A stretch of 64,000 nucleotides of DNA from Octopus vulgaris (lineage: Eukaryota), in the NCBI GenBank assembly GCA_951406725.2, contig OX597821.1, positions 118,792,001 to 118,856,000 of the forward strand, read 5' to 3'. Under the pieces are notes generated by a model. The model saw only the letters and a program-made list of their open reading frames with translations. It did not search any database and had not been told where the DNA came from. The translations under genes and the position numbers were made by a program. This document shows, piece after piece, positions 56,756 through 64,000 of this stretch (the first letter of the stretch is position 1; the number at the start of each line of letters is the position of its first letter).

Positions 56756-57611
56756 ATATATATATATATGGTAAATGAAAGACGGAATATGGCGTATACG
56801 AGGTTCTTTTTAATCTCCACAATTCTTTCAGCACATCTAGCACCGATCCCTCAAGGGTGGAATACTTAGCAATTGGTTCAGAAGCATCCGACAGTGCAGA
56901 TGTGTCTCTTCAGGTGAAATATAGACATAACTCGTCAAAATAACAGATCCGCAATCTGTCTTCTCACTTCGTGTAAAGACAAGCAGCGAATTAAAGGATA
57001 TATCTTCATTTATGTAGAAGATCAATAATGAAATAGCACAAGAGAAACGGACACGCAATACAGCACGAAAAGTGTATAGATATGTACTGCCATATATCTT
57101 TGGAAACTGCATCTCGGAGAAAAAAAATTGTTTCTCTTTTGGACCCCAAACCCGAAACTTTTGGGAAGACTGCTGCTTGATTAAATCGACCCCTGTGCTC
57201 AACTGGATCTAACGAAAGACAAAGCTGAGCACGAAATGAAAAAAGCCAGAAAGAAGCTATAAGTAGCAGTAAGTAAATATCGGTTTGGATATAAGTTGAT
57301 GGCTCTCCTTGGGACTCGATCTCACATCTTCTGTTTAACATGACGACGAAATTTCTACCACTGGACCAGAGTAATCCGCTGCATTGCCTATCTATAAGGG
57401 ATGTGGGATCGAATTACACAGTCAGCTTGAAACTTTTCTGTCCATAAGGGTTTTCCAACCCAATATATACATGCTATAATTTATAGTTGTATTTGCGCTT
57501 CGAGATCCACTATTGCACAAAAATACACTCTTCCAGAAAACAATAAACACTTGTTCTACCAAAGTTTATAAATATTTATGATATCACAACACACACACAC
57601 ATGCACATGTA

Positions 57612-57832
57612 TACTCTCCTACTCTTTTACTCTTTTACTTGTTTCAGTCATTTGACTGCGGCAATGCTGGAGCAACGCCTTTAGTCGAGCAACTCGACCC
57701 CGGGACTTATTCTTTTGTAAGCCCAGTACTTATTCTATCGGTCTCTTTTGCCGAACCGATAAGTAACGGGGACATAAACACATCAGCATCGGTTGTCAAG
57801 CAATGCTAGGGGGAGAAACACAGACATACAAA

Positions 57833-57865
<33 letters not shown>

Positions 57866-58034
57866 CATATATACGACGGGCTTCTTTCAGTTTTCGTCTA
57901 CCAAATCCACTCACAAGGCTTTGGTCGGCCCGAGGCTATAGTAGAAGACACTTGCCCATGGTGCCACGCAGCGGGACTGAACCCAGAACCATGTGGTTGG
58001 TAAACAAGCTACTTACCACACAGCCACTCCTGCG

Positions 58035-58036
<2 letters not shown>
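57612..58036 (-). mobile_element. tRNA-derived SINE, full-length copy
   Basis: Head ggcgcaggagtggctgtgtggtaagtagc...gggttcagtcccgctgcgtggcacc, same body and tail as the other copies. Confidence 0.88.
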
Positions 58037-58100
<64 letters not shown>

Positions 58101-58141
58101 CACATGTGTGTACGTACACACATATATATATATTTATATAT

Positions 58142-58176
<35 letters not shown>

Positions 58177-59590
58177 CAAAATGGGACAAGAACGCAAAAC
58201 ATCTAGACAGTTATGTGTTTCAAGAAAGGGGCAACAAAACAGACGATACAAAGAAAACAAGGACAAGTCATTCGCAGTTTACTTTCTCAGTCGAGTTCCA
58301 TATTATCTTTGCAATTTCGGCTGGTTATACACGAGATTGCTCCAATATGGCCAGCCCCAAGGATTCCTTGGAAGAAATCAGGGTATGTATACGAAAACAA
58401 GGACGGAAAAAACAGAGAATGTTACACAAATACAAAAAGCAGGACATAACATCAGGTATTTAACGACTAAAGGACGAATTGAATTAAGCTGGCGTGTGTA
58501 GAAGTAAAGCCATATGGCAGGGGTACAAGATTTCACGGGCACAGGGCGGAATATACATACACCCATTGTATATAAAGAAATGTTTCTATATGCATATGTG
58601 TATGACCATCATGTTGAAGTGCATTTCTCCACGGCCTGAAGTCAACTTTGGATCTCTACTGTCCGCCAAATATTTCACCCAGAATACCCAACGATGCCGT
58701 CACCCTTCTCTCACAATCTACCCTTCTTCGCTTCTGCCCCATCTTTAAACCTTTATATGACCGGTTACATTTCGTCAAATGTACCTTGTACACCCACTCC
58801 TTCCAATCTCCAATCCCTCTATCTGCGCTTCTTAACCTCATTTTTCTCTCTTTCCCACGATATTATTCCTGTTTTTCCTCCTATACATCGAGTCTCCGCC
58901 ATGACAAAAGCTCCTACGTCACACTGACCCAGGAGACGTATGCACATATCGGAGATGGGCTATTTGTGTGACTTTGAGATCAAATCTCTCAAGTAAATCA
59001 TCTCAATGACAGGATGGGCGTTTGTTGCACTGTCCTTAAGATTATCAACAAAATAAATCTGATTGGGGATAAGATTACTGAGCAAATATTTGTACCTATC
59101 AGTTTACAATGATCCATCATCATCATCATCATAATCATCATTGTCACCATCATCATCGTTGGCGTGACTGTCGGATAAGAAGTTCGCTTCCCAATCACAT
59201 GGTTACGGTTTCAGTCCTACAGTGTGGCACATTGGGCAAGAATGTTCTACTGGACAATTTATGCGACCAAAGCCTTGAGAGTAGATTTGATGGACGGAAA
59301 CTAAAAGAAGCCTGTCGTTGCATATACAAATGTATACCTATATATAGGATTTTAGAATAGGCGTCTGACCCCCACGAGATTACATTCGACGTTGCTGTGT
59401 TTCTGTCCTCAAAACTTAAGGGTCGGCCAAAAGTGACCGTTAGAATATGTAGGAGGCTATAAAAAACTAAATACTGTGGTCGATCAAACCTTCTGAAGAT
59501 TCTTGACGACAGTGCCCCAGCATTGTCTCCACCTATTGAATAAAACAAATAAGAGATAAATGATACTTTTATATACACATATATGTACAC

Positions 59591-59632
<42 letters not shown>

Positions 59633-59713
59633 CAATATATATTTATCAATATATATACCAATATATATTTATCAATACATATACATATATATATATATAT
59701 ATATATATGTGTG

Positions 59714-59744
<31 letters not shown>

Positions 59745-60316
59745 CAATAAGAAAATGGAGGGGATCAATGGGTGGTTCATGAACATTTAAACATTATATT
59801 AAGTGAATTTATTTATTTATTTACTGAAATAGCAATTACAAGAATATAGATACATGTATAACATATTATGCTTTACATATAAAATATATAAAGATACCAG
59901 TAACCCTCACCCATTTTGTACACTCGGTAACGTAATTGCAATGCAATAAAAAACACTTGTGTATTACTAGTTGTGTATTCTACCAGCAGTATATTGGATA
60001 GATATTATCCCTCAGTGGGTTAGATTCACAAGCTCTAACTTTCTTGGAATATATAAAAATGTGTGTTTGTGTGTGTGTGTACATGTATGTATGTATATAT
60101 ATATAAAGAGAGAGGTTTTCTTTAAGTATTGGAAATAGTTTTTAAAAAAGTTTTTTTAGCTGCTATTTCTAATGAGTTCAGTATGCGGCAAAGTAATTTA
60201 TTTTACTAAGCCCTTTTATATAATGTAATAATTTGAATTCGCCTTAAATGGTCCCTTTGTATACTGAATACTTGGTGAAATTGATTAATTAATTAATTTT
60301 ACCCTCAATTGTTGAA

Positions 60317-60407
<91 letters not shown>

Positions 60408-60466
60408 TATATATACGTGTACATACCTATATATAAGTATACACATTTGTATATATATATATATAT

Positions 60467-60600
60467 GGAGTGACTGTGTGGTAAGTAGTTTGCTTACCAA
60501 CCACATGGTTACGGATTCAGTCCCACTGCGTTACACCTTGCGCAAGTGTCTTCTACTATAGCCTCGGGTCGACCAAGTGGATTTGGTTCTCGGAAACAGA
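60467..60600 (+). mobile_element. SINE head fragment
   Basis: ggagtgactgtgtggtaagtag...ggattcagtcccactgcg...caagtgtcttctactatagcctcggg. Confidence 0.75.
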
Positions 60601-60833
60601 AAGATTATGGTTTCGATTCTTGGACCAGGTGATGTGTTGTGTGCTTGAGCAAAACACTTCATTTCACGTTGCTCCAGTCCACTCAGCTGGCAAAAATGAG
60701 TAATCCTGCGGCGGTTCTGCGTCCAGTCCAGGGGAGAAGTATATACACGCCACTAAAACCGGGAAACTGAGCCTCATATTATTTATAATATTATACGATT
60801 GAACGCCACGCATCCTTTTCCAAGTAAGTTTTA

Positions 60834-60859
<26 letters not shown>

Positions 60860-60899
<40 letters not shown>

Positions 60900-62015
60900 T
60901 GAGAATGTGCTCTGTCTGTTTCCCTTAAACTTGAGAACTACACAACCAATTTCATTCAAATTTTACACATGCCTTACTTAGGGTCCGGGGAGCGTCATCG
61001 GCAAAAAATGTTTAACTTCTTGCCTAGGGCGAGCCCATAGCAATATCATATCTTCTCCACTACGATTCCCTAAAACTTGAGAACTGCACAACCAATTTCA
61101 TTCAAATTTTACACATGCCTTACTTAGGGTCCATGTAGTTTCATGGGCAAAAATGTTCAACTTCTTGCCTAGGGCGAGCCCATAGCAATATCATATCTTC
61201 TCCACTACGATTCCCTAAAACTTGAGAACTACACAACCAATTTCATTCAAATTTTACACATGCCTTACTTACGGTCCATGTAGTTTCATGGGCAAAAAAT
61301 GTTCAACTTCTTGCCTAGGGCGAGCCCATAGCAATATCATATCTGCTCCACTATTTCAGTATTACGTGTTAAAAGTGAAACAAAAACATTTCTCTATTTT
61401 ATGTCAGATACTTTCACTTTAACAATAAAAATTAGAGATAATAATAACAATTGAATTATATGTAGTAAGTAATAATTAAAATCAAACTAAAGTATAATAT
61501 AATCGTAACATAACAAAAGTAAAAATAGCAATTGGTATAAAATTGCATCAATGAATCGAAGTTGAATAAGTGGTTTCACATGAATGGGAATAAATTTAAA
61601 ATAAAATTAGCGTGCAGAAATGGAATAGTCCAGATGGAGGTGTGCACATACCTCGACTCGAACCTTGCAAAGTGGAAATATTTTATTTTTACCTTTGTAT
61701 CTGGGACGTAGGACGTCCCGGATGAACATTTAAAATGTCCCCCCAGAAGTAGAGGTAGGCTGGATTGTAGCCACACTTCTATACAAGAGAGAGGACAAGA
61801 TATAATTGATCGAAATTGCAAGAGACGGGCCTACAATTCCAGTGTGCTATATATTTTGAGTATTGTTATCACTAGCGATATCAAGATATAACTTTGTATT
61901 TTGTATTTTATGTGTAGATGTATATATATATATATATATGTACATGTAATATGTACACATATATATACACATATATACAAGCACTATGTCCCGGCAACGA
62001 CGGGTCATAATGCTA

Positions 62016-62016
<1 letters not shown>
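60860..62016 (+). mobile_element. Non-autonomous Helitron-like element with three internal ~146-bp tandem repeats
   Basis: 5' tc(ta)n-aaaactgagaatgtgctctgtctg. The unit aaacttgagaact(a/g)cacaaccaatttcattcaaattttacacatg occurs at 60927, 61073 and 61218. 3' hairpin cccg-gcaacga-cggg (61990-62004) is followed by ctag (62013-62016). Confidence 0.65.
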
Positions 62017-62055
<39 letters not shown>

Positions 62056-62585
62056 ATGGGCTTCTTTTAGTTTCCATCAACAAAATTCACTCACAAGGCT
62101 TTGGTCTGCTTGAGGCTATAATAGAAGACACTTGACCTAGGTTCCTCACGGTTGGACTGAACCCAGAACCATGTGTTTTAGTAGCAAATGGACTTTGTTC
62201 TATAACCACGGAAAGGTATTTAGTCATCGTCAATGAGATGGATTGCAATTTCTCAAAATATATTACAAGCAACATTCACAATTAAATAGATATATAAATA
62301 AATAAATAGTTATTGAGAAATAAGAGACGTTTTTAGAGTCACGACAGAGTTATAAACGACGCAATTATTAAATAATTGTAAGTTCCGGGCAAGTTTACAA
62401 CGTGTAACTTTATCGGCTGATTATTTTTACTTCTTGGTTACCTATACAGGTGTATAGATAAACAGGTGTAAGTAAAGCTATACTTATACAGCTGTGCAGG
62501 TATAGTTTTACATGTGTGTGTGTGTGTGTATTTTTGGTATTTAGTTCTGTTCTAAATGTGTATCTTTTACATATATCTATATATA

Positions 62586-62648
<63 letters not shown>

Positions 62649-63214
62649 ATCTCTCTCTGTCTCTCTCTCTTTCTCTCTCTTTCTCTATACATATATATAT
62701 ACATATATGTATATATATATATATATATATTTATTGTTATATTTCGGAATGGTCATATTGCCAGTTTAGCCAATAAAAACACACGCACTATATATTTGGT
62801 GTTATTTTGCTTCAGTGATATTTATTTTTTACATTAATCTTAATCATATTTCGGCCAAAGTTCTTTCGTCACACTCCTGTGACCGCATCAGTGGTCCTTT
62901 GTTTTCTTCTCACTTACTTGTGTCTCTCCTTACTAACCGTCAGCCATTTTGTATTTCTATTGTATGTCTTCATCTGCGCATGCTTATATCTCTATGTGCG
63001 TCTATGTTTATTTAGTGTGTGTGGGGGGGGGGATGCCTGTAATATTTGTATCTTCTGGTTATATACATTCTTGTAATTTGTATTTTGTTTTTGTTGTTGT
63101 TGCTTTTGTTCTAATTTTGTTCATGTGTTTACATCCACCCATTATTATCATTACATATGCTTGAATGTATGTATAACAACAATATTAGTAATAATAATAA
63201 TAAATCTAATTGAA

Positions 63215-63804
63215 AAAAAAAAAAAGGGAAGGCCAACTCTTGGTATGATAGCCATAAATACCAGAGTGTCATGTTCGTTGACACCACCCCTGGAGGTGAA
63301 CTGGCGTACCGCTTTAGAAGGACCCTAGATAAACTTAAACTAAGAATTAAGGTTGTTGAAAAGCCAGGCAACCCTATCAGATCTATAATTGGTAGAAGCT
63401 ATCCTTTTAGTAGAACTCTCTGTACGGATAACTATTGCACTGTATGTAGATTTAGCCCACAAACAAACTGTAAAGCCAGAAATGTAGTCTATAGTATAAG
63501 ATGTATAGAGGGACGATGCAGTAACAAGACAGTAACACACGTAGGGGAAACAGCAAGAAGCATTGGTGAGCGGGTGAATGAACATTGGATACAACTCAAG
63601 GAAGGTAAAAGCTCATCGATTATGTACCAACACGCTGAACAAGAACACGGGGGATCAATCAATAACATAGAGATTAAGATATTGTCCACACATAGAACAG
63701 ATGCAACAATTAGACAAATTACAGAAGCTACACATATAATAGAAAATAAGCCTAGCCTGAATAGAAAACTAGAATGGAGCAATGGCGCACACCACAACAT
63801 ATGA
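63215..63804 (+). mobile_element. Penelope-like GIY-YIG endonuclease C-terminal fragment
   Basis: ORF 63271..63804 C..NYCTVC...NCKARNVVYSIRC...HVGETARSIGERVNEH...RQITEATHI...LNRKLEW. Confidence 0.8.
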
Positions 63805-63922
63805 CGATAGTGGATCCTGCAAACATAATAAATACACAGATAATTAAAGAAATAGAAATGAATAACTATATATATGTATATGTGTATGTATATGTGTGTG
63901 TGTGTGTGTATATATGTGTATA

Positions 63923-64000
<78 letters not shown>

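Noticed and set aside
57960-58036. tRNA gene
   Set aside because: The A/B-box-like sequence is the head of a multi-copy SINE and no complete cloverleaf was seen.
16342-63371. Many ORFs rich in YI, CV, HT or RE dipeptides
   Set aside because: Translations of (TA)n, (TG)n, (CA)n and (GA)n microsatellites.

Overview
AT-rich, microsatellite-rich eukaryotic DNA. The tRNA-derived SINEs and RTE, Penelope and Tc1 debris suggest an octopus or other coleoid cephalopod (inference). One spliced minus-strand gene can be rebuilt by hand with consistent GT-AG sites and phases across 13 coding exons, from ATG at 36628 to stop at 174. It encodes 1554 aa if all exons are used. The protein is Mind-bomb-derived: ankyrin repeats, one C3HC4 RING and a C-terminal death domain. 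Two parts are expanding by tandem duplication. (1) A single 3215-bp exon carries 31 near-identical 34-aa ankyrin repeats in an irregular A-B-C-D higher-order array with reciprocal chimeric repeats. (2) A ~2.2-kb tandem array (5 units) has copied the 72-nt first exon of the death domain four times, and three copies have diverged into polar, in-frame cassette exons. The rest of the window holds transposon relics, a near-intact Penelope element with a hammerhead ribozyme motif, several fold-back elements in (TA)n tracts, and the remains of a large inverted duplication that mirrors the gene's putative promoter.
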